DNA of 64,000 nucleotides, taken from contig RHPI01001292.1 in assembly GCA_009103225.1 (NCBI GenBank), forward strand, positions 1 through 64,000, read 5' to 3'. The position numbers and the translations under genes are program-made. Origin of the DNA: Chlorokybus atmophyticus. Taxonomy: Eukaryota > Plantae > Mesostigma and Chlorokybus algae. The notes beneath the pieces are model-generated. The model had not been told where the DNA came from. It saw only the letters and a list, made by a program, of their open reading frames with translations, and searched no databases. Below are positions 11,089 to 22,849 of this stretch, piece by piece (within the stretch, counting starts at the first letter, position 1; the number at the start of each line of letters is the position of its first letter).

Positions 11089-14000
11089 TTAATGGCGGAA
11101 GTTATTCACAAACCACAATTCCTTGGAAGTGTCTGAGTAATCGAGCACCATGTGCACCATCCTTTGAATGTTTTCCAACCCAACCACATCAAACCATGGT
11201 TGCCCTGCTCCCTCAGCCCATGTGTAGCGGCGCTGGCCGAGCAACGGTACTTGAGGGCCATATTCATTATACCATCTGATTAAGGTGCAAGCATGTTCCG
11301 TTTGCTGCACATCCTTCATCAGGAACAAAAATCGCAATTGCGCAACCCATTCGACCACATGGCTGTCAGTACCACCGCTGACAGCAACATCGTCGAAGTG
11401 GTCATAGCCATAGAAGTCAGGGTTGGCTCGCAATAGCTTTGAATTGCTATTGCCTCTGCTTGCAGCTGCAGCTTGTGGAGAGAGATTGATACTGCGCACA
11501 ACATCAACCTGCATACATGCAATAATGTAGTTAAATGCAAAACCCACGTGTAACGATTACTTGTGATGCATATGGTGAAGTAGAGGGGAGCTATCATGCA
11601 TGTGACCAGATGTTTTGACCTTATCCCAATGTATTGCAGGCAAGTTAACCCAGAGCACGGCATCCCCGCACTCTCCACCACGACCTTCATAATCCAGTAG
11701 GTATCGCCGCGCAGCTAGGTGTAGATGTTTCAACTCTGACTGCTCTTCCAAACACTTGATAGCATACACGGAAGTTAGTTGCTCCGTTCGCATGCCTGCC
11801 AGAAACAACGCCGTGCGCCGAGACGGCAAGCGGTGATCGCCGAAATTTGTCACCTGTATAAAGTGTGGCAATCAAGCAATGTAAGCAATCAGTTGAGAGG
11901 TCACCTCTATCACCTGTATCACGGTCATGGATCCATGCATTGACCATGTGCAATAATTATGATTGTGTGGCAGCTGCACATACCTGACCGAGGTGTAAGT
12001 CCTTCCTACTCTTTCTTCTTCTTCTTCTTCTTCTCCTTTTTGCAGGTATCAACGTGTTTATTGCTTTGGCGGCGCGCTTCCACGCTTTGTAGATGTGAGC
12101 TGTCTTCTTGCTAAGAGCCCTTCGCACAGCGACGCGCCTCACCATCTGTTCAAGGCACAGTCAGGCAGGCAAGTAAGTGCATACATTATAAGCGCCAAGT
12201 GTAGCTAGTCACATGTGCAGCAACTGACTGAGCATGCTTGTTGGTATCACTGTATAATTTATGAGAAACATTCTTGTGGTCCTGTTCCCAAGTTTGTGCA
12301 TCAAGTTCATCCAAGCCTCCCAATCGTCAAATGCATGCGTCGTAGTGCATGAGGCTATGGTACTTGACTGTCTTCCAGTCATAAGCTTGGTAGTCTTTGA
12401 ACGTTTTGTGCGCCATAGCATGGAATCTGCACAACAAGATTGGCGTACTAAGAGTGGCAAGAAGTGCTAAATGTGTGTGTAGTGTAGAGCACAATGCAGT
12501 GCTGCACTACCAAAGCAATGTGTCGCATGCACTCACGTTCACATGCACGCGACGCAGCATTCGCACTCAGATTAAACACATTACATACATTGATGCAGAC
12601 AACATGATGTTCTGGCAGGCAAGCGGAGCGCGCACGGGCGTACACGCACGCGCACGCATAGGAAGGTAACGCTCTCACGCACACATGAACGCCGGCTAAG
12701 AAAAGGAGCATGCACAGTACGTGCATGATGCAGATTAACAAGCTCAAAGCTCATCAACACGCGCAGACAGCACCGCTTGGAACAGCAACATCACACACAG
12801 CGCGGCAAGGATGCGCGCATGGTGTTCAAGTTCACTTACTTGTTGATGGCGGCTTTCATTATGCTCAAGGTTGTGTCTGTGTGAGGGCCAGCATGAGGGT
12901 CTTTTGGGTTCAAGATCGTGTAGAGTTCGGAGAATGCCACAAAGATTACCGTTATTGCATCGTGTTGACGCCCCCCTTGTGTTTCTGTGTACACCAAGTG
13001 TGTTGCGTATTGCATTACTTGCATTGCAGCCACGTGCTCTGCAGCAGTGACTGGCACTTCAGTTGTAAGATAGCCAGTAGGGATGCGGAGAGCGGCGCAT
13101 CTCATATCATCCAAGCGCCCTTCAATGGTACGAATAAGATCTCCGGCAGCTCACCAACTGCATGTGGGCAAAGAATGGTAAGTAAGGGCATGTGCCCTAC
13201 ATGTGTGAAAGTGACGGATGCAAGGTGAAGTGCGCACCTTTATCCTTCAGGTAGGCAATTGTAAGAGATGTTAATTGTTTGAACAGGCCAAGGACTACCT
13301 GATGCATGCGTTCAACAGTTACCGCTTGATATGGACTGCCAGCAGGAGTGTCGCCAAATGGCATTCCCCACAATGAGCACTGCAAGTAAGTTAGTGTTGG
13401 GTGCAGCTTGGGATGCGAGGCACGGCCATTATTGGTTACTCACCTTCACAATCTGATTATACGATACTGAGTGCAGCTGGTTAAAAGCTTCTTCCATGGT
13501 GCCACCATCACGTAGAACCTTCGTAGCAGAGTGATACGCTTCTTTCATCGCTGCAACCTTGCGCTCTGGCCATGGGTCATGAATGATGTTTTTTGGCTCA
13601 TCACCAGGACACATGCACCAATGGCAAGGACTCCTGGCTTTGTTGCTATCGTGATGCAGTAGCAACTTGCAACCTTCTGGCCAATCAGTGATCCAGGCCG
13701 CCAATACTGGAAACACAAGGTTGTCTTCATTCTTGGCGGTGACAATCACCTCACCACTGTCAAATATTGCAGAATAAGTACACGTGCGCATGTGTACTGT
13801 TATAAGTGCTGGTTGATGACAACAGAGAAAGCTTGCATACCTTGCCATTAGCTTCAATGGTCTTAACAGAACTTCCACACATCTATGTAAAGCATCCATC
13901 TTAGCCCATTTGTATTGAGCTGAGATTTTGGTAAAGCCTTTTTCTGGCAAAGCGCGTAGGGAAGGAAAGTACCCCACCAACCACTTTGCACCACGAGATC

Positions 14001-15215
14001 TAACATGCAAAGGCAAGAACCATGATGTCTCGGTTGCAGCATGCATGCTCATGCATGCTACAACACGCACAATATCTGAACATACCTGTCGCGCTTCGGT
14101 ATGTTAAACAAGCTAAAAGATTCAGGCCAGCACGAGGTGCCCTTTTTATTAACAGGGGTGCCATTACTGTAAAAGATTAACATGGCCATCACCGCACCAT
14201 TCGGTACCATGTCCTATCAAGTAGTGAGCATCATTGTAATGCAATTGTGTATCAGCCTGACAGCGAGACTGCGTGTGCTACTTTAGGCAATCTTACTTGC
14301 AGTTGGTTCCATAGGTTGGAGGTGTGAGGATGGGAGTATATGCGTCCTTCAGCTCCTATTGCAATGTGTGGTGTTGTGATGAAGCAGTCGGTGTACCGCT
14401 CATCAGACCAGATTTTGCGAAGAACTTCAGCGGTGTCGCGGTGAGTAAAAACAACCTCTTGTCGATATCTGACCTAGTCAAGTTGGTTCGTAACCAGCCC
14501 TATGCACAACAACACAACCACTCAGACAACGCTTGCACGAAGGCATGGTTGCATTAACAATATGGTTTCAACGGTGCTGCATCAAAATGCACGTTGAGTG
14601 CATGCTTGCATCGCACCTCGTCAACATGCGCAGCTGCAAACTCCTTGATTTGTTGCAGTGAGCGCATGAGTAGATGCTCCATCTTGAAGTTGGGATGGAA
14701 TAAGATGGATAGTAATTGGATGCCATCAGCATCGGATTGTCCCCGTCCTCCGCGCGAGTCTATGTACCAGCTCACAAACTCAGAGGTTATGGCAAACGGT
14801 CCCTCGTCGTCGACTTGTGCTTGTACTTGTTCAACGGATTGCCTTTCTCTGACACGAGTCAGCTCTGCTTGCAAGCGTGCAAAAGACCAGACCGGACGTG
14901 GTACTTGCAAGTCGATAAGATTGTGAGTCTTCTACCTTAATGTCATTGCTAGCATGCGGCACATCATCAACCAGGTCAGGTAGTAGATGACTTGTGCGAT
15001 GATGGGATGGTTGATGTGCAAGGTGTATCGGCTCTCACAGCTCGTCGTTTGCTAAGGTAGACATTTTGGGTATCCACCGATTTAGATGCAGAGCATGCCT
15101 TGTTTTTATGATGGTGTGAACTCCTGGCTAAGTTCGAGTCAAAGCTTCTCCCACATTCGCATGTGTAGACCTTCAATGGGAGCATTCTGCTGGCCACAAT
15201 GTGGGGTGATAACAT
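11089..15215 (-). pseudogene. Plavaka-family transposase gene with introns and an N-terminal C2H2-like zinc finger
   Basis: Motifs occur in the expected order: YTCECGRSFDSNLARSSHH (Zn finger); LVFPVLAAWITDWPEGCKLL...CHWCMCP; ERMHQVVLGLFKQL; KTVKYHSLMHYDACI.RLGGLDELDAQTWEQDHK; LLRANPDFYGYDHFDDVAV...LRFLF...LIRWY...IQRMVHMV.DY...WFVNNF. At least one in-frame stop. Confidence 0.85.
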
Positions 15216-15371
15216 TTACCATCAACTACACTGTCTATGTGGCACATAGACGCAGGCAGGCAGGCGCGCGCATGTGCACGCGCACACACATATATGCATG
15301 CAATCATTGTTCAGCTACAGAAGTGCAGGCATGCAAGCGTGCATTCACTGAAGCATGCACAAGTGTATGTG

Positions 15372-15989
<618 letters not shown>

Positions 15990-17040
15990 GCAGTGCAGTG
16001 TGGCGGGGGGCACTTACACCAAGAAGTAGATGCGGTGGAGTAACTCCACGTCTTCACGTCACCAACTTGGGAGTTGAACTCGCATTCCCGCATCGTATGC
16101 GTTGTCAGGGGATGGCCTGTATTGTGTATTCATGTGAGTACGCACCCGGGCAGCCTGCATGCACACACACATTCGCATGCGTAAATGCACATCCGTGCAG
16201 GCATGCATGACCGTCATAGCGCGCACCATAAAGTGACAAACACCCGCATACACTCGTGCATGCACGCACGCGCACGCACAGGCATTGCCTTGCAGGCTGA
16301 TGTCAGTCCACACATAGGCATAAAATGAAATGCGTGCGCAAACATGTGCAATAACTTAGTGCACATCTATGCATGCATAACCGTGTCTGGTGGAGCCTGC
16401 ATTGAATGCAGGCTCCACCAGACACGGTTATGCATACACAGAGCCACGGAAGCGACCACATGACCAGCACACTGACTGCATGCTGAGCCACTTACTGCCT
16501 TCTATGTTTCCAAGAATAGCAGGCAGTAAGTCGCCCAGCATGCAGTGGGTGTGCTTGCTAGGTGAATGCATATCAGCATTGTGGACACAGGCAAGCAAAG
16601 TAGCACAACAAGGCACTACAGTCGCTTACCGACTTGCACTACGGCAGAAGACCGCCTCCAGCCGCTCAATCGAACACTACAGTGCCGCCAACAAACGCCA
16701 GCCAGTGCGTGCTAGGGTTGACAATGTACACAGAAACTTCTGTAGAATTCCTGTACAAGTGTGATTGCGCAGAACAGTGCGTAGTGTACAAAATTTCAAA
16801 TTTGCAACCGCATTTTAAGGCAGGCGGCGGCGGCGGCGGCGGCGGCGCTGGAGGAGGAGGTGGGCGTGTGGGGGGTTGTAGATCCAGGTAGTCATAGTAG
16901 AGGGAGAGCTTCTGGTCATTCGACATGGGCAAGCAGTAATTTCGCCAACCACTGCAAGTGTTGGCCAACATTGTGGCAGGCAAGCGAAAGACCCGTCAGA
17001 CTGCGCCGTGCTTGAAGCCACCAGCCGATTCCCACAAGAG

Positions 17041-19850
17041 CGATAAGTCGGCTCCAGTACTTTAATACACTTGATCTTGCTACAGGTAATGATCAGATCC
17101 GCATCGCACCTGAGGACGTCGAGAAGACAGCGTTCAACACGCGCGCGCGCTATGGGCATTATGAGTGGTTTGTGATGTCGTTTGGGCTTACGAACGCGCC
17201 AGCGACTTTTCACACGTCGATGAACAGCGTTTTCCCTGACTTGCTGGGTAAGGGAGTCCTCGTGTTCCTCGACGACATTCTAGTGTACTCAAAGACGAAG
17301 GACGAGCATGTGAGTCTTCCACGGCGCGTGTTGCAGCATTTACACAAGTTGTACGCTCATCTACAGAAGTGCAAGTTTCTGCTACGCGAGGTGAAGTACC
17401 TGGGCCACATTGTGTCACATGAAGGGATCAAGCCGGACCCCAACAAAGTGCAAGTGGTGCGCGAATGGTCTGCCCCGACCGACGTGAACGAGGTACAGTC
17501 TACCCCCGTTACAAGAATCACGTTTATCCTTCAGCTTTTCATTCCACTAACGGGGTTATTCTCTTGGCGTTGATAAGGATATATATTCTTTTACCGTTTA
17601 AAGAATATATATTCTGTTTATGGGGGTATTGACTGATAACCTTCAGCCACGTCATCATATGCTGACATGGCAAAAATAAAATGTATATTTCTTGTATATA
17701 TTATACAATATCATACATGGCTTCTATTGTTGAAGGTGATGTTGTAACTAATATCAGCGAAATAGCTATGCTGTTAACAACGTGTTCCCCCATTATAAGA
17801 CTGACCCACTTGAAATTTCAAGCCTTCTCTTTAGTCTTATTACGTACAAGACTATTCCACTAACCGAAGATATTTGCCTGTAAAACGGTCGGTCTTTTGC
17901 AAAACGACGATTTTAACGGAATTATTCCCTTAAGGGGAGTCCTTTAACGGGGGTAGACTGTAATGTCGTTCTTGGGTCTGCGGGGTATTACCGCAAGTTT
18001 GTCATGAATTTTCGCGCATTGCGGCCCCTTCGACCACCCTACTCAAGAGGGAAGTCTTGGAGCTAGTCTACAACAAGAGCATGCATTTGCTGCGTTGAAC
18101 AAGGCATTGATTAAGGCACCCGACTTGGCTCAGCCCGACATGGACAAACCCTTCATTTTGGCTTGCGACGCATCCGACACAGCTGTGGGAGCTGTGTTAC
18201 AGCAAGATCAAGGCATGGGTCTTCAACCTGTAGCATTCTTTGATAAGAAACTGAGTGGAGCAGAGCTGAACTACCCTGTGCACGAGAAGGAGGTATTGGT
18301 GCAAGTGATGGCGCTGCGACAATGGCGATGCTTTCTTGAGGGCAAAAGGTTCGTGCTGAAGACGGACCATTCCCCATTGAGGTACTTACCGACACAACCA
18401 CATCTGAGCCGGAGACAAGCGCGGAGGTTGGAGTTCTTCATTTTTTCGATTTTAAGATCAAGTACAAGCTCGGTACGTCCAACAATGTGGCCGATGTGCT
18501 AAGCCGGTTGAATGCGATTGAAGCACTCGCTCAAATGCAACCGGAGTGGGCCGACCAGATCCGACAAGTGCTTTGCGAAGATACAGAAGGTAAAAGAGTC
18601 TTGCGGGACATGGAGAGCACAGCAACGGACACAGGTGGACATTGGACAAACGAGACGGCCTACTACGGCATCATGGCCGCTTGTACATCCCTAATGTTGC
18701 ACATATACGTGTTCAACTTTTAAAGGAAGCTCATGACGTACCCATTGCTGGCCACCAAGGAGTGGAGAGGACGTTGGCAAGCTTGAAACAACACTTTGAC
18801 TGGCGGGAGACGCATCGTGATGTACGCGCCTGTGTGGCGTTGTGCGACGCATGTAAAGGGTAAAAGCAATCAACCAAAAGCCAGGTGGGTTGCTACAACC
18901 TCTTCCCGTGCCATTGTCCAAGTGTGAGTCTTGCGCGGCACGAGAGGCAGCAAGCTTGTTTATGAAGCATGTCTTTTGTTCCCGCAAACTACCATGAAGC
19001 ATTGTGAGCGATCGTGATTCCCGATTCACAAGTAAGTTTTGGGAGGCGCTGCATAGTGCACTGAGTACTACCTTGAAGTTTAGCACGCCTTTCCACCTCA
19101 AACTGATGGCCAAACGGAGCGAGCCAACCGCTTCACCAAAGATATGTTGCGCACCGTGCATGGATGGCAAGACAATTGGGCGGAGTTGCTGGAAGTGGTG
19201 GAATTTGCCATCAACAACCACACCAATGCAAGCACGTGTGTCACCCCCTTTCTTATAAACTACGGCCAACACTCGTTGACACCACTAACGGCATGGATAC
19301 CGTGACAAAGCGACGTTGATGTGGAAGCGGTAACCGATTTTCTTACAACGTGTGCGGACATCAACAAGGCAGCAAGAGAGGCGCAATTGGTGGCACAAAA
19401 TAGGCCAAACCAGTACGCGAACGCGCATCGCCGACATGTCACATTTTGAAAGGCGACATGATATTGCTTTTTGCGAGGAACTTACAGGTGCGTGCAAGAG
19501 TTCGCAAGTTAAGTGAGCGCGGGCTTGGGCCATTACAAGTCATCAAAGTGGTTTCAGACGTGGCATACAAGTTGCAACTGCCTGACTCTATGCACATCCA
19601 CCCTATCTTTTACATATCCCTGCTGAAATTATATTGAGGGGAGCCACCATTGCGTCCACCGCCTAAGTTGGCTACGGAAGGTCATATGGAATATGAAGTG
19701 GAGGACATATTGGGTGATAAGATGGTGCGCAACGTGCGCAAATTTTTAGTGAAGTGGAAAGGCTACCCGATACATGAAGCCACTTGGGAATCGGAGGAGC
19801 ATTTGGCAAATGCACAACATCTCCTGCAACAGTATTTGCGACGACGACCA
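17041..19850 (+). mobile_element. Ty3/gypsy chromovirus pol remnant: RT (5'-truncated), RNase H, integrase, chromodomain
   Basis: YGHYEWFVMSFGLTNAPATF...VFLDDILVYS (RT); PFILACDASDTAVGAVL...TDHSPL (RNase H); HDVPIAGHQG, SDRDSRFTSKFW (integrase); YEVEDILGDK...FLVKWKGYP...TWE (chromodomain). Many frameshifts. Confidence 0.95.
17496..17960. mobile_element. pogo/Tigger-type MITE (465 bp) inserted in the gypsy RT
   Basis: 16-bp TIR CAGTCTACCCCCGTTA / TAACGGGGGTAGACTG with TA duplicated on both sides. Removing it restores DVNEVMSFLGL. Confidence 0.95.
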
Positions 19851-19869
19851 GAGAATCCTCGAGAGCTTG

Positions 19870-20540
19870 ATTTTAGGCACTTTTTTTGCCCATTTATCGA
19901 GCACCACGTTCTCATGACTAATGGCAGATATCGGCGAGTTATAAGTCTGCCGCGGACATCGACCGGGGCTCCAGGACCAGTCCGGAAGGTGCCACAAACG
20001 GAGGGCCAGTCGAGGAGGGCTTGACAACCGGTTTCTGGAAGGGCCTGGCGCCAAGTAGTATAACTTGACCAATATGCAGCACCATGCAGCACCAAATCAG
20101 GAGTTATATAGTGCTTAGGGAAGGTCTAAAAGTGTACTACAAAAGCCTGCAAAAACATATATGCTTCTAGTTTCGTCTAGCGCTAGAATCGTCTAGACAG
20201 TAGCATGTGCAGACTGGTAGGTATAAAAGTGACATTCTACTATGTGCAATACAACCTTTAACTCCCTAGTTTCTGGTGTGCAAGCTTGGTGGTGGTTAGC
20301 AGGGGTTGCTAGCGTGTGTGCACTGGTGTATGCTTGCTTGTGTGGCGATCCAAGGCGCTACACAAGTCGGTGTGTAGCTTCGAGCGCATGCGCGTGCGCA
20401 CGCGAGTGGCGGGGCGCGCGTGTGTGCTTGGCAGAGGGGGCAAGGTTCCGGTGTGAATACCGTGTCTTAGTGAGAGGGTTGTGGATTGGATCAACTCACA
20501 GGTGTTAAGGCACGAGCACCGTCACAACTGGTATTGGAGC
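19870..20540 (+). mobile_element. LTR (ends ...GTCACA at 20526) with a degenerate tRNA-iMet PBS (20529-20540); LTR start not resolved
   Basis: TATAAAAG at about 20222. CACA-AC-TGGTATTGGAGC resembles the canonical TGGTATCAGAGC. A gag ORF follows. Confidence 0.7.
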
Positions 20541-20636
20541 GCGGTTTACAAAAGTGAGAGAGGAAGTGTGTGGGCGTTTACACTTTTCAGTCGGAAGCAG
20601 AGTGTAGTGTGTTAGTGGAGATGGAGGAGGGCTCGC

Positions 20637-21230
20637 ATGGAAGAGCTTCAAGCTGCCATTCTAGCATTAAGGGAAGAGCTTCATCAGACTCAAGCGGCGG
20701 CACAAGCACAACGTGAGGCGTATGAGCATGTGATGGCGCGTGTACAAGTTCCCATGGCATCAAGCTTGCGCGTGCATGTGAAGGTGCCAAAGCCTAAGCC
20801 ATTCAAGGGTCAACGTGATGGAGATGCACTAGACGAATGGATTTTTCAAGTATCGTCTTTGTTGAATCAAAAGAGGTGCCCACGCATCTGCACGTGGAGG
20901 TTGCAGCGACATTGCTTGAAGGTGCAGCACTTGTATGGTGGAGACATCGTTGTACGCGTGTTGCAAGTGGGTTGGCGCTACCATTGACCACCATGGAAGA
21001 GTTGGCTCTGAAGATCAGGCATCAGTTTGTTCCCGTGGAGAGTGTAAAGGCCGCACGCGATAAAATTGCAACCCTTGTGCAAGCGGGGTAGGTGACGGCG
21101 TGCACGGCTACGTTTCAGCATTTGGTGATGTCCATACCCAATACGGCGGAGGAAGTGCAGGTGGACAGGTACACACATGGTTTGAAACTTTTGGGACATA
21201 AAGAAGTGGAGAGCTACAGGACCTTAAAAC
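20637..21230 (+). pseudogene. Ty3/gypsy gag (retrotransposon gag domain), frameshifted and 3'-truncated
   Basis: VKVPKPKPFKGQRD..LDEWIFQV; AATLLEGAALVWW; RHQFVP..SVKAARDKIATL.Q.G.VT. Confidence 0.88.
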
Positions 21231-22014
21231 TTTGGGGCAAGCTAAACCCCCCGCCAATGACACTTTGTGTGTCCCTGATAGCTAGTCCACTCTGAGTAGA
21301 CAAGTTGGGAGAAGCTTCGCTATCCTGCTTAGCTCCCTCCTTGTCACTTTCAGTGAGTTCGTAGCTCTCACTCGTACCCGAGTCTCACTTTATCATCATT
21401 CCATGAATCGTATGATAACGGTGGGTCAGGGACGGCGCGGTACTTGTCACCTTCCTCTTCTTGCTCATCCATCCGCCCAAGGATTCGCGTTAGCAAGTGC
21501 ACAAATACACAGATTGTCCACCGCAAAATTGGTAAATGCTAGTGATTTTGTCTCGTCAAGTCTTGAGGGGTTAACGTGGGGTATACAGCCCAAACAAGAG
21601 CTGCCCACACATTTCTCAACTAAACACTCACTCTGCAATAAACCGCACGCAAATCCATGAGACGGTTCACAAGCTATGGCTGCCTAAAATTTTCACTTTG
21701 TACAACCTAGCTCAACTCACAATTGTAATTGACACACGTGGTGCAAAAATCTTATTAAATCGACCTTATTCGCCGAAATCGGCTAGTTGTAAGTTGTGAG
21801 TTTGATATCGGCCGCTCAAAAATGACTCAGGCGGCTTTAACGCACTTACTGGCGGTTGGAACAGCCGATGTTGACACCGGACTGCCCCCAAGGAAATTGT
21901 ACTTTTTGAATGATATATAACCCTTCACACCACCACGAATCCATGTGGTGGCAAGCACACACAAGTGAAGCAAAATATGTTATAAACAAGGTGATGTGCT
22001 GAGATGCACTGCTT

Positions 22015-22326
22015 GGGGGGGGGGGGGGGGGGGAANNNNNNNNNNNNNNNNNNNNNNNNNNNNNNNNNNNNNNNNNNNNNNNNNNNNNNNNNNNNNNNNN
22101 NNNNNNNNNNNNNNNNNNNNNNNNNNNNNNNNNNNNNNNNNNNNNNNNNNNNNNNNNNNNNNNNNNNNNNNNNNNNNNNNNNNNNNNNNNNNNNNNNNNN
22201 NNNNNNNNNNNNNNNNNNNNNNNNNNNNNNNNNNNNNNNNNNNNNNNNNNNNNNNNNNNNNNNNNNNNNNNNNNNNNNNNNNNNNNNNNNNNNNNNNNNN
22301 NNNNNNNNNNNNNNNNNNNNNNNNNN

Positions 22327-22358
<32 letters not shown>
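22015..22358. other. Assembly gap (N run 22036-22326) bounded by poly-G tracts
   Basis: Direct reading. Confidence 0.99.
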
Positions 22359-22394
22359 AAACTGCCTGTGTGGCCGCCTCCTATAACAGCAAAC

Positions 22395-22465
22395 CAGGCT
22401 AGGCAGGGCAAGGCAAGCTAGGCTAAGCTAGGCAAGGCAAAGCAAACTAGGCTAGGCAAGTTAAG
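22395..22465. repeat. Degenerate pentamer repeat (AGGCT/AGGCA)n
   Basis: ccaggctaggcagggcaaggcaagctaggctaagctaggcaaggc... Confidence 0.7.
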
Positions 22466-22849
22466 CACCAGCAGCAGCGCTAGTTACATCTACAACCATC
22501 TAATAACTACCACGAGTTGCCGCCGCCGCCGCTGCCTGCCGCCTCCCCTCCCACATGCCCCTCGCCGCCTGTGTTCCAATACCAATGCAAGGAGGGGTGC
22601 TACCGCCCCCTCTAATCATTTACCCCAACACCGCCACCAGCCAGGCCGTCGACACCGCCGCCAGGGGCAATTGCCGGAGCAGAAGATTCTTTGGCTACCG
22701 CGGCATTAGCAGTGCCGGCATACAGCTGATATCCACACGAGACTCATGTCTCGTGTCGATATCAATGTTACACATAAGTAACATTACATTAGGGCCTTGA
22801 CACTAGGTTAACGGCCCTGATACAGCTTGATTGGCTGTATTAGGGCGTT

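Noticed and set aside
21980-22421. ORFs spanning poly-G and X runs
   Set aside because: Artefacts of the assembly gap.
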